NCBI GenBank assembly: GCA_002104905.1
Contig: MCFE01000421.1
Coordinates: forward strand, 1-64,000
Reading direction: 5' to 3'
Origin: Basidiobolus meristosporus CBS 931.73
Lineage: Eukaryota > Fungi > Basidiobolomycota
DNA length: 64,000 nucleotides
Shown: positions 38,873-51,106 of the stretch, piece after piece
How the letters are laid out: the number at the start of each line of letters is the position of its first letter
Numbering within the stretch: the first letter of the stretch is position 1
Notes under the pieces: generated by a model
What the model saw: the letters and a program-made list of their open reading frames with translations, nothing else
Told to the model about the DNA's origin: nothing
Databases searched by the model: none
Made by a program: the position numbers and the translations under genes

Positions 38873-39664
38873 GTTACAACTTGCAGTATCAGAAGTTGTA
38901 GTCATCTTGAGAATAAGTAGTCATATATCTTAGAAGGTGCTGAGCCTGAGTAATCCTCTTACCAAACATGGTAACAGGCAGTTCACTGACTCCAAATATA
39001 TTTGTACTTGAAATATTGACTGAAAAATACCAGCAGTATACTATAGGAAATCCAATTTTGATATTTTCATAGGGTAAATCTCAAACTAACCATTAAGTAC
39101 TTACTCAGCAGGTTTTTAGACTTCTACCTGGACTCTCATAACGCATTTGGAATAGTCCTAATTCACACTAGGTGGTTTGCCAGGTTGGCAACACTCCTTT
39201 CCTAAGCCCTTTGTATTTTGATTGACTGAATTACATTTCCTATACCGAGCAATATATTGTGTGGCTGAATAATGGGCCTAACAAGGGCTTACTGGATCTG
39301 TTGGACGTTGTGGGGCCCCAAGTTAGTCTGTACTTCGCTAGCATCCATTCAAATGCATAAAAATATCCATCTGTTGTGCCGTAAGTAGCGTTATCATCTT
39401 GCTCTCACAGTGTCACCAATCAACCATGCAAGATCCATGGCACAACCGCCGCATGATTCCTAGCAGATAACCTACTGAAGGAGTAAAAATTCTTTCCATC
39501 CAACAGCCAATCACAATCCACCCATCGACACTATAATCACATTGACCTGGAAAAAGACTACATTTCGATGAGGTGGACCATATTTGTTGGCTGATTCACA
39601 GAAACCGCCAGCTCGAAGTATTTCCTAGTCGTAAGCATACCCGTTATCGAAACCACCAGGAACC

Positions 39665-40591
39665 ATGAAACTCGCCTTCGCCTTAATACTGTCCCTCTTC
39701 TGCGTGGGTTTGAAAGCAGACGTAAACCTGTCGGAGGTAGCTACTTTCTTGGTCGGTTGGGTGGGCTGGAGCTGGTCGGATCTTATTAAACGCATCTTTT
39801 TCACAGGAGAAGATATTGGAGGTTTGGCATAAGGCAGGAAAGCAGGAGGAATACGTCAAGCGCGGAGAGATCGTATACACTTTGAAACCACAACATGCCA
39901 AATACGTCCCCGACGCCAATTCAATCCAACTTAGCCCCTCGGAAAAGGATCTTTACAACGTCAAAGTCAACAGTCTTGGTGAGGCTCCCAAGGCCGTGAC
40001 CTTTTCTTCCGCCAAGTGGGTAAGCGGGTCTGGTGAGTGCTGATTCCCTTCATCTTAGCTCACTCGGTGTTTTCTAGTGCATGTTGGAGGCTTCTCAATT
40101 CAGCGACAAGTTCACCGTTCATTTTGACAAGGAAGGTAAGGGGTCTTACGCGGCAAAGTATGCTCTGTGAAGGATACTCAACTCACTTGATAAAGGCAAC
40201 TTCTTCCACGCCGATTATCATCCTGGGGCTCATGGCTGCCAGGAGGAGGCTCAAGTACTTAAACACATAGTTCAGATTGTCTTGTCAGGGGAAACTAATT
40301 GCTCGACATAGGTCACCAACGTCGAATTCAACACCAGCATTGACCTAGTAAAGCCTCATCATGAATTAAGGTACATGCGTCCGGACATGTTTGTTTCAGC
40401 ATGGTTGGTTAATCATCTGTCTTAGACCCAGACTTCAGCGCGTCACAGAAGAGGAGTTGAAGCAGAAGGAAAACGCGGAATACTCGAACTTCTTCACGAA
40501 GTACTGGTATATCATTGTCCCCGTGGTTCTGGTGTTGTTGGTTGGTGGTGGAGACCCACCAAAGGAGGGCGAAGGAAACGGCGGGCGTTGA
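39665..40591 (+). CDS. EMC10: ER membrane protein complex subunit 10, 6 exons
   Basis: Signal peptide MKLAFALILSLFC. Spliced CMLEASQFSDKFTVHFDKEGNF. C-terminal NFFTKYWYIIVPVVLVLLVGG matches the EMC10 FF.KYW.YI.P transmembrane segment. Confidence 0.85.
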
Positions 40592-41287
40592 TGGATCACC
40601 AAACGCCAGTAGCAGCTGACCCCATCATCACTTCACGTTTAATTTGATGAACAAGCGATTTGCCTCAGTAGTATTTGTTCAATGTCCCTTATTACCTTTG
40701 AGGAATGCCCATACATTAAGTGCCAACCTGTCTTTTTCGGAAATAAAACCCCATTGCAATACTTGTCCGAGTGAGCCCCTTAAATCGCCGTGTCCATGTT
40801 TTGCCACGATGTACATAATGCCGCCTGTATTGTGTGCCGACCAAGCGGACAACCAGCTAGCGTATGGGGCTGAGGGTTGGCTTCAATGGACGGAGTTCCA
40901 GTGCCCTGCCACTCGATCCATTCCATTTGCAGTGCCATTTAGGCACCTTCACCCTGCGTCCGTCACCCTGATCCAATCCTTTTGGCCAAATCTAGATGAG
41001 CAGAAATTTGTATCACTTGATGCTCAACTTAGCCATTCTTTCACAATCGTATGGACAAAGTCTGGTCAGAATCGGCAGAGCGTACATCTTGGCATTGGGT
41101 GCCAACGCCCGCCAAATGTACGCTTTCATCCAGAATATTTTTACGAATCCAAATAAATAGAATTTGTTTACTGTGTAATATTGATCATTCAATAGGTTGC
41201 CCTAACGTACACATTACTGATCCCGTCCTATAATATAAGTCAAAAACTTGCTTCCAAACTCACTCCAAGAATACCATTTATTTCACT

Positions 41288-43844
41288 ATGTCTGCTACCT
41301 ACGAATCGCAATATCCTCAAGATGATCATAATTACCCAGAAGGAGTACCCTCAGATTCAGAATACAGTCAGGAATTTCACAACCAATCCATAGAAAGAGA
41401 CCACTATCCAGACATTACGCATGAGGAGACACTAGATGGCCTTGTAGAAATGCTGGCCAATCTCGATGTAGCTCTCTTTCCTTTACTCTAGCATTCTGAG
41501 CAGCTATGCTTACTGATGAACCCATCTCGCTTTCATTCCAGTGTGGACTCCCGTTGTTGCTAGATAAGACGAAGCTATGCATGCTTTCATACAAGGTATG
41601 CCTACTGAAAGCGGGGGCTTTGTTTCATCCTCCTGATCCCCTCCACTTCCCTAGGACCTGGTGCTCTTTCTGAAAAAACGCGCCATGCTCGAAGAGGAAT
41701 ATGGCAAAGGAATGTTAAAACTAACTCAGCAGATCGCCAAATCGGCGGAAAAAAGTGACATCAAAGTGGGGTAAGAGTTGAGAGCCAAGAGCGAGGGGGT
41801 GTTGGCCCATTCAGCACACGTTTATCTAACCCATCTCAACTAGCACGTTTGGTGACAGCTGGGGAAATTTCATCAAATACCACGAAGCTATCGGGGAGAA
41901 TAGAGTGAAGTTCGCCTCCACCATCAACGAGGTTGGGGACAACCTTTCTGCGGCTTACAAGGAGCACGAAAAATCCCGGAGACAGGTAGGGTTCCTTCGC
42001 TCTCGTGTGGCCTAGAGAACCGAGTTTTGCTCACTTGGCTGTCTAGCTCAAGGAAAATGGTTTGAAGCTTCAGAAGCACTTACACGAGGCTGAGTCCAAC
42101 TTGGAAAAGGTAAATCTCGGTTAGATGTGAAGATATCAAGTAAGATCCTTACCCGCCTTCTGATTTCCCTTATTGTAGGCAAAGATCAAATATTCCATGC
42201 AAAGTGAAGAGTGGGAGCACGCTATCCTCAAGAAGGGCAGTGACAGTATTCGTCAAAAGGGAACCTCCATCACCAAATCCGTTGCGAAACCGATGAACAT
42301 CTTCAAACAAAACAAATCATCTGATCAGGTCACTAGCGTCCTCAGCACTACTTGCGCTTTAGTCAAACTTACCATCATAGTTGAGATAGGTCGAGGAGGA
42401 TGCTCGTCAAAAAGCAAACACTTATAATGAAAATTACAAGTCGCAATTGGCTTACACTAACAAGACCAGACACGAGTATCACACCGTCGAGCTGCCTCGA
42501 ATCCTCAAGGTACACGTCGAATCGGCTCTTTTTGGCGGATCGATGCTTTGACTGACATACATGCTTTGTCCCGACTCCTAGTCTCTCAAAGATGTCGCAT
42601 ACGAAGCCGTGATTTCCATTCAGTATCATTTGGCCAAATACGCCTTTCACCTGGAGTCTACTATATTGGAGGACGGGATCATCATCGCCCCTCTCAACGA
42701 AGGTAAGCGAGCCTTCAGAATGGTCCACACCTGGCCCGAGCCTGATGCAACTTCTACCAGATGGAGGAAGCGTGCCAGATCTGCGGTCGTTGGTCGATCA
42801 AATCGACAGCGAAGCTGATCTGAAGGATTACATCCGAAAGCGTAGCACTAGCGGAAACCGAGTCGAGAAGAGCGAAATCCCTTACAATGAATATGCTCTG
42901 GTAAGAGTGGTGTTCCCCAGAATCTGCACATCAATTCCTAAGCAGTTTCACCCATCTTAGTCGGCGGCAGCCAACTCTATCATCAATCCAAGAAACATCT
43001 TTGGCGTTGATCTTGCTTATCAATTGGATCGTGATCATGAGCCTATACCACCTATTCTGTTGAAGTGTGCCGAGGCTATCGAGCGTTTTGGTTAGTTGAT
43101 CATCCAACCTGCTCGCGAGCGAACCCTGACTAAGCTGGGGCGATTTCTTAGGTATCAATAGCACCGGGATCTACCGTATATCTGGAACCATCATCCAGAT
43201 CCAGAAGTTCCGAACCCTATTCAACCGAGGTCTGATGCATCGATAGCCTTCGGGTAGATCCACATTCGATTAATATGGATTTCGCATCTTCTAGATAGCA
43301 GTCAAGTAGACCTTAGCAGCGACGACAAGATCGGGGACATTAATAACATCACCGGGGTTCTGAAGTTGTACTTCCGCGAACTACCCGAGCCTCTGTTCAC
43401 CGCATCCATGGCGAACGAATTCATCAATGCTGCCAGTAAGCCGTTTCCTATCTTCCATGCCCTCTGGCCTGAAACTAACCATACTGTGTAGTGGTGATGG
43501 ATGAAATGCAGTGCCTATCAACCATGAGTCAGCTGATGAACTATCTTCCCCCGCCCAACTATCGTACGATGAGATACCTCTTTGCACATCTTCTAAGGTA
43601 ATTGGCCCGAAGAGAGCTCCATTCCCACCATCCCTTACTCATGAGATGAACAACCCGCAGGATCCAAGCAAACCAAGCCCGAAACATGATGAGTATTCAA
43701 AATCTAGCCATTGTGTTTGGGCCTACCCTCCTGGCCAATCGACAGGACAAGGACATCAACGTCGACATGAGTTACCAGAGTAAAGTTGTAGAAGTGATGC
43801 TCGAGAATTTCCAGTATTTGTTTGCGCGCGAGCCAACCCATTAA
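41288..43844 (+). CDS. F-BAR (FCH) plus RhoGAP protein, Rgd1-like, about 13 short exons
   Basis: Spliced FLKKRAMLEEEYGK and TFGDSWGNFIKYHE (F-BAR). IFGVDL..IPPILLKCAEAIE, GIYRISG (arginine finger), VLKLYFRELPEPL and NLAIVFGPTL (RhoGAP). Confidence 0.9.
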
Positions 43845-43883
43845 TCCATGCAATAAACTGAAGTCACTGTATTTTGAGACCAC

Positions 43884-44220
43884 ATGGTTCCCCCGTCACT
43901 TTGCATACAGCCCACCAACGCAACGAAGGGGAGGCATGGACTCGGCCCCGTCAGTTGCCATGCTGGAATTAACCGTGAACAGAAAATCCAAAAGGAAGTC
44001 GATAGGGGGGTCTTGGTCCTGGTGGCATCCGATTTGGCATCCAGGATTCATCTATCCCACATCTCTGGTAACCTCATCGTTGATTTGCCCAAGCCAAGGG
44101 CCACTATCAACCGAGCTCATGCTTGGAGAATGGTAAAGCATGGGCTTTGATGGTAGCCACAAGAGCCGGCAAGATAAACACCATTGGAAACCTGCGCCAT
44201 CAGATCCGTATGGAGGCTTA
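43884..44220 (+). pseudogene. Probable decayed SF2/DEAD-box helicase C-terminal fragment
   Basis: CHAGINREQK..VLVASDLASRIHLSHIS..IVDLP, then frameshifted ATRAGK, parallel HG.M.Q..R, VLVATDVAARG.D, DLP and GRTGRAG. Confidence 0.42.
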
Positions 44221-45222
44221 CCACACAGTCATCTGATTGACTCGGCTGTGACAGCAAACAGCGGGCAAACCAATAAGAAATGAAAGGTCTTGAGACAGAA
44301 TGATCCCAAGTATACCGGACTTGGATTTAATTTCTGATAACCTAGCTCATGAGCACAACATGCCCATGCTGATCATCGTGCCCTTTCCTTTTTAGGAAGG
44401 GCTTGGCATCTCTAGGCATCATCAATGCTCGAAGCTTGACCATAACTTGGCCAGATTAGACATTACACCGTTCGGTAAGTAAGGGACTTCGTTGCTTTCT
44501 GTGGCGCGTCGTGGGATTAACCAGGCCTCCAGCTGAATCAACTCCTACATCCCATAAGAGTGACCGTTTCTACGTCATCTTCGTCACCCGGTCCCGTTGT
44601 TTGAGACGTAAATAAGAACAATCCTGAAGGCGAGCCACCACCAATCGCCATTACACATCAGCCCAATCAACCATAACCTCCCGTGGCGTAACCAATCTTA
44701 AATGGGTTTCCCTAGGGGAAAGATATGTGAAACGGACTTCCCTGCCTCGTAGATTTGGCCGATCTCATTGCTTGTCAGATCTATTTATGATGCATCCTCT
44801 GGCGCATGCTTTGCATATAATCGCCGGGCGGGTTGCATGAATAAGGTCAGCATGAAGGCGCGTCCCATGCAATCGTCGGTTTGGGATTGCCATGGCTTGC
44901 ATTGCGGATTAGTGCGGCCGGTGGCAGCCACTTTATCTGCTGTTGCTCGATCCCAACTTCCATGACTGGTCCTTACGCTTCACGCTTGACATTCTGATCG
45001 GGGAAGGAATCCTCCTGGAGTATTGGAGATGGCTGGGTTCGTTGCATCCCCAGTACCAGTCCAATGGAAGGCAACTTAGGGTTAGGGTTAATTTTATTCT
45101 AATGGATGGCGAATGATTACAAAAATTCGGGAGATGTAGCAGAATCTGAAGAATCGACTCCTCCAGGACTGGCTCCCATAGGAATGGACCAACCTACACT
45201 GCATGCTGAGCTCTTGTTCAAA

Positions 45223-47505
45223 CTAGTTGCTATGGTCCTCTGCCACTCTACTGCTGTTGCGTAGTTCATTCTCAAATTCAAGATCTTTCTTTGTGATTCT
45301 GGACATCCGTTTGGATAGAAGCGCCACCCCACCAAATATCACGATGACGCCCAGACTAAACATGCCGTATTGAAATGCGGTGAAATCCATGAATTCATTG
45401 TAGTAAATACCTAAGAGTCGTTAGAAGTAGTCGTTGATGCCCGATTGGGCTCTGGTATTAGGGGTAAAGGCTTCTTACCTCCACCGATAATGTCAAACAC
45501 AGTCCAAATAACATAGAAAACCGGGACCTGCAGCATGGCATCGTATCGTTGCAGACCCATGTTAATCCAGTACACCTGCGACACAGCCGTGATCACCGTT
45601 ACGATCAATATGATCCACGCCAGTGGGCTCTTAAACTGATTGGATTTCTGAAGTATGGACACCGACAGCAGGTTAATCAACGATTTCGCAAATAGCGTGG
45701 TCATCGTTGCCATCATTGCCCCCAGAAATGCATAACACAAAGGTAGTACGTTCCTAACGGCCCATGATGTTCGTGGTATTGTTTTTGGTAACGATGGGAT
45801 AATGGAGATTCTGTGATAAAAGTGAAGCCAGCGCTCCCAATATACCCGGGCCAGAGGCCTTTTCTTGACAGAGTTGAATACTCGGGAATTCCTGCGTGCC
45901 TCTGACATTTCTGAAAGTATCGGGTGTTCACTGGTGCTGTCGTGACCGTCATTGGATACAATACTGGATGCTTGGTCCGTTTTATTGTTTGCTTTCAGAG
46001 AGCTATTGTTGGCTCTCTCATGGGGGCTTGTTTCGGAAGAAGCTCGCGAGTTGTGGCCCCTCTCTATCGACTCTCGTATCTCGGGCGCGATAGACGATAT
46101 GCCGTTCTCTGTGCTGGTGATGACTTGTTCTGGTTGAACGGTCATGGGCGTGTCAATAGCTTCTGGGGTAATATTTTTCTCAATGATCTTTATGTAGAAG
46201 AATGCGAATACGATAAACGCAAATATCAATACGATATAAACGATCGTTGCTCGTTGTTTGAACAAGTTCAACAGTACACACAGACGATAATCTAGATGAG
46301 AGCTTGAATAATCTAGACATAGTATAGAGAGGAAACCGCATCAGCACTGCACATACCTTGGACAACTACTCCTGAAAATATAACGACAAGCACGCATCCA
46401 GCAATGATCACCACCACACCTATAATATCGTATCTTCCCAATTTTTCCTTGTTCATTATGGGTGCAATGATCACATTTGTAACCAAGGATATAGCACCCA
46501 GTGGGGCTACCAAGGACTGAGGTGCAAACTGCAACGCTACAAAGTTTAGAAAACTCGCCGCGACATAGATAACGAACCCTATCACCCATATCTTGATAAA
46601 ACCGAGTCAATATGGGTCTTGAATCGTAATGTGCCTTTACTTGCAAAGAGGCTTACCGGGTTGATCTTGGAGTTTGAATAAGTGAGTCTTTGTAGAAGAC
46701 TGCGACGGCCATTGGTTTGCTCCATTCCTATACTTGGTGAATGACCGTACATACTGTTTTGAAGCTGAAGCTTCTTTCTCTCCTGGATTTTTCTCAGTGC
46801 GTACTTCTGCAGGTTCAGGCCTATGTTCAATGTGGTGCCGCCTAAGAGTACCAATATGACCCCAATCCATATAGAATGTTTTTCATTACTGCTTACACAC
46901 ACTCCAGACACCGTAATACCTCTTTGTTGCCGAGAAGAGTTATTCTCGATATGGCATATTGATCCATCGTCACATGGGTTTACTTCACCAGATAACATCG
47001 AGCAATTCTGATCGATGTGTACACCACCACAACAAGTTCCACTCTGTAGGTTATATGGTGCGTCGGGCAATGTCCAAGCACCGTCACATGTTGACTGAAT
47101 GGTGCAATACTGAGCTGAGCATATGTCTGCTGGCGGCGTCATATTTGCGCGTAGGTAACTGTTGTAAGAGGCGCATTCCTCCGAGGCTCGGCACAACTCC
47201 CCTACAGAATCAAGGTGTCAAAATCCAGCCAGTATCCAAGAGTCAGCAATACATGCATGGGTGGCCTTCAACTTACCAGCAGCGACTACATATTGGCACT
47301 TATTCCTCACACATATATAATCCCCTAAACGAGTGGACTTGAAGCTGGCACTGCCCGAAGGAGTACTCAAACCAACACTCAAATCCACGCAATCTCTGTC
47401 AATAATACATGTGGAAGGAGGCTGGTAAGCCCTGGCAACAGACAGTTCAAGATAGATTATCGTTAACACGCCAAGCAAACGCTCGGCTACACAGAAGAAG
47501 CGCAT
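45223..47505 (-). CDS. NIPA-family (DMT superfamily) Mg2+ transporter with signal peptide and Cys-rich N-terminal ectodomain, ~5 exons
   Basis: ATG at 47505; exon 47505-47277 splices in phase to 47201. NIPA motifs IWIGVILVLLGG..GLNLQK, FAPQSLVAPLG..N..IAP, FAKS, and QVPVFYV..GG/IYYNEF. Stop at 45223. Confidence 0.88.
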
Positions 47506-48860
47506 TTCAGTTGAAATGTCACGAGTACCACTCGAGCTATTGAGATGCAAACACAAACGAAGGTGGTCCCTGCGCGGTTATCTGGGTTGTGTTTAAAGAA
47601 AGGAGCGGGGTTCAAGCAAAGTACCTCTGAAAAGCGGCGAAGTAGACAAACGAGTGAATGATATTTTGATAATACGAGTTCAGTTACAGAATATTTAAAT
47701 CAGCAGTCAAGTGTATACCAGTCAAATCCATGTTTGGTTCAAAAAAATACCATATCTATCTTGATTCCGAGTATGCTTGATCCCTGGGCTGTATATGTAT
47801 ATTCAGTTGCCAATCAAAGGCCGAGAGAACTGTGAACCAGAGACGTACAAAATTGAATATCAAAGTAGAATTGTATTATAAAACCCAAAATCTCCCCACA
47901 GGAATGGCCGTCACAATCACTGATCAGGTATATTACTTGTGATCCATGGCCCTGGCAGTAGAGATCTAGCTGTCTTCGAGGATACTATTCATCTTGACTA
48001 GGAAGATATCACATGATTATGCTTTCAATTGTCAATCTCAATCTCACTTCAGACCCATCGAGTATGGAGTGTACTTCCACGCGCCATTTCGTAAGGTTCT
48101 TTCAAAAGCTTTAAACTTCAGATGGTCTTGTCAAACGTAATCACGAGAATTCCGCTGAGGTGCGTTGGTGCACATCGGAGGGGATATCGCAGCCTACAAC
48201 ATTTTTGCATTGAAAAGCAAATGATGCCAGAGTGTCGAGGCTTGCACTCGGATCAGTTCATTCGAAATTCCAAGTGAAGCCCAGGACCGTTGGAAAGTAC
48301 ACTAGATATTTGGCCATCGTGAATGCTTAGTTGGTATTGATCGCACGTACTGGCACCTGGGAGCTTTCTATCTGGTTTAGAGGCACACCGATGTATCTAT
48401 ATATGCTTTCCTATTTATAGGCAACCTATCTCGAAGTGGCCAATTGACGTCAGTCCAGCCAGTGCTATTTGGCTTCCTAGACTACATGTACGCACAGATT
48501 GTTCTATCTGCGTTTGACGTCTGTTCGTGTGGTAGATTTATTAAACGGAAAGGATTGGAGGTGGTTTGTACAAGAGCGAACAAAGTTTGGGACTAAGAAT
48601 TCAGCATACTCGTGAAATAGCACGGTTAAAGAAAATGAGTGCAAGGTATGAAAATATGCGTAATATGCTTTAGCGATTGTGTACGCTGCATAACACTGGT
48701 CGTTTTTGCCATGGAGAACGGTGTGCACATATATGGCGGTACTAGATATTGGCTTACTTAATACTATTCCATGCTTTTCTATACTGGTGTTAGGGAATCC
48801 TGCAGAATTATGCAGTGAGCGATGAAATGGGCGAACGGAGCGCTCAAAACCAAGAGTTTT

Positions 48861-49605
48861 CTAACGACAGGGATTTTCTACAGGATGGTTGACTATAACT
48901 TCATCCTCGATTGTAGGAAGAAGTCCCCAGATAAGCGGCTGTGAGTCTGAAAAAGAGTTACGTTAGATGGAATTTGTAATCGACCAGGAGAAGAGTTAAG
49001 TTGTACCTTTGGGGTCAATCCTCACAGATGCTATTACTGAAGTAGAATAAAGCATCCAATAGTGTCCATTATTGCAGGCTGTTAGACACGACACACAGGC
49101 AGAAGTCACGTTATAACCGAGTATATTCCCGCTATGCTCAAAAAGTATCGTTAGCGTAGCCTCACTATTTTTCTGGACAATCGAATTGTATTGAGCGGAT
49201 TAATTACCAATTCAAACAGGCCACATCTTTGATCTTGCAAAGGCAATTGTTTGTGGAATACTCGAGTCCTACATGCTCTACGCTGTGGGTAAAAAAGGGT
49301 TAATTTGCAATATCATACAACCACAGCTTGAGGTGAACGAACCCAAAGGGAGTCGAATCTGTCGAATACAATTCAACCCTTGTGTCGGCAAGTAGAATGG
49401 CCTTCATGCCGCGTTGGCATACAGTGGTTCGACACGCATTACACGATAGGATACAGACGGTCTTGCGCCGAAAGTGTGGAAGGAGATCTTGTCTGGTCAA
49501 GGAAGTATTGTTTCTATTCCTGAGGTTGATTCCCCTTGAGCTTAAATATTCGTCCAAATCAGAGCCAGGGGGGAGTCTTTGGGAGGGTTGGTGTGATTGT
49601 ACCAT
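48861..49605 (-). CDS. FAM72: FAM72-family zinc-binding (Yippee-like) protein, 4 exons, 182 aa
   Basis: Exons 49605-49343, 49282-49208, 49131-49007 and 48946-48861 give CNAC..RGMKAILLAD..LYSTD..CLCKIKDVACLNCGNILGY..CVSCLTACNNGHYWM..LIWG, matching the human FAM72A motifs. TATA-like sequence ~85 nt upstream. Confidence 0.92.
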
Positions 49606-51106
49606 TGAGATTTGTCCAATGAAGCTGTACAATGCTCGCGTTTGAAGTCTGGAGATAGTGTGGCTACCCTTCGACGAAGTTTTTTATATGTACCATGGAA
49701 TCGAAGCTTGGAAAGGATGACCAGAAACTAGGTCAGTAGGGCGAGCTTGAAAAGGATATATCGAAATTGGAGTGGTGGCTGGATTACTTGTTTCAACATT
49801 CTTGGCCGGATTAAAGCAATATTTCTAATCAGGGGAATTGTGTCATTGCTGTATCAGGTATAATAGTCATTAAATATAAATATGTGAAAAGTGGTCGATG
49901 TCTTGAGGAATGAGATCTGGAATTTGAGCATTGAGTAAGCCGAAGCACTGAGAGGAATTGAAGTACACATCGGTGAAGGCAAGCGTGGAATAAACCATCT
50001 CAAGCTAAAATCAGAACAGGGTTACACTCATGAACAATATATGGCTTCCATAACAACCTGAGGGTCGATGATCCTGATTTATTCCAGTGCTCATCAGATT
50101 TGCAACCACAAGCTGGAATATCTAAACTTGTGCGTTGAAACAGTCAGCGTAGATTCCACGCTGAAATCAGCAGCAAGTGATTTTGAGGATAAAATATGGC
50201 GCTAATGACAATATGACGTTGGTTGTTGGTAATACCCATATCGACCACGAAGAACAGTCAACCAAACTGCATTTGGCATATTCGCTCTCCTCCTGGTATG
50301 AGCTGGGTTGCCACTGTTGGGTCTAACCAACCCAGTCCCGACAAACTCACCCTCACCTTACCACTTGCTCCGTCATCACATAGCCTACCCAGAATACATA
50401 TAAGTCTCGTAGTGCCCCTCGGCCTACCAGGCACGTTGTTGGGATTGCTAAGTAGTTCCTACTTACGGGTTGGGATGCCCCTTTAGCTTTCATTAAGATT
50501 CACATGAGCCCTATGTACCCGGAGAGATTAAGAATGATCTCACACAGCGATGCGGCAATTCCTCTAATTCCCCAATTTTCCTCAGTGGAATCTGAAATAA
50601 TCTCGTACATAATGTGCGCATACAGTATCTGCATCCGAGATGTAGTAATCTGAGGGCTAGCAGAGTTTTGGCTTCAAGAAATAGGCTTGATTTGATGTAT
50701 ATGTAAGCTAGTAGGCATGAACTCTAAAAACATTCGATTATCCCCATGCCATGGATTCAAGTTTTATCATTGCTTTACCCCTGAGCATGAAAACAGGTAC
50801 AACACTAGGTGCATAGTCTCATGAGTAGTTTAGGTTGATTGGGAGGGTGAAAGTCAATATAATCTGGCCAACAAGCCTATTACTCAGGTTTATTTCTCTT
50901 GTCTTTTTATCTTCTCCTTCGTACACTTTGGTCTACTGGTCAAATTTTGGAGTATTACTTGGCATTTCTTGGCTATCTATCGAATCCCCCACATACCAGG
51001 TATTCTGCGCTGTGCCCTTGATATCCGAAGCTACGTTTTTGGTTGTATTCCTCAATTCCTACTGAACAGTCTTATCTGGTTAGACTCTATAGTAATACAA
51101 CCAATT

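Noticed and set aside
40644-41156. 170-aa ORF between EMC10 and the RhoGAP
   Set aside because: TTG start, no recognisable motifs; probably UTR or promoter sequence.
45076-45090. TTAGGGTTAGGG telomere-like repeat
   Set aside because: Only about two units; expected by chance.
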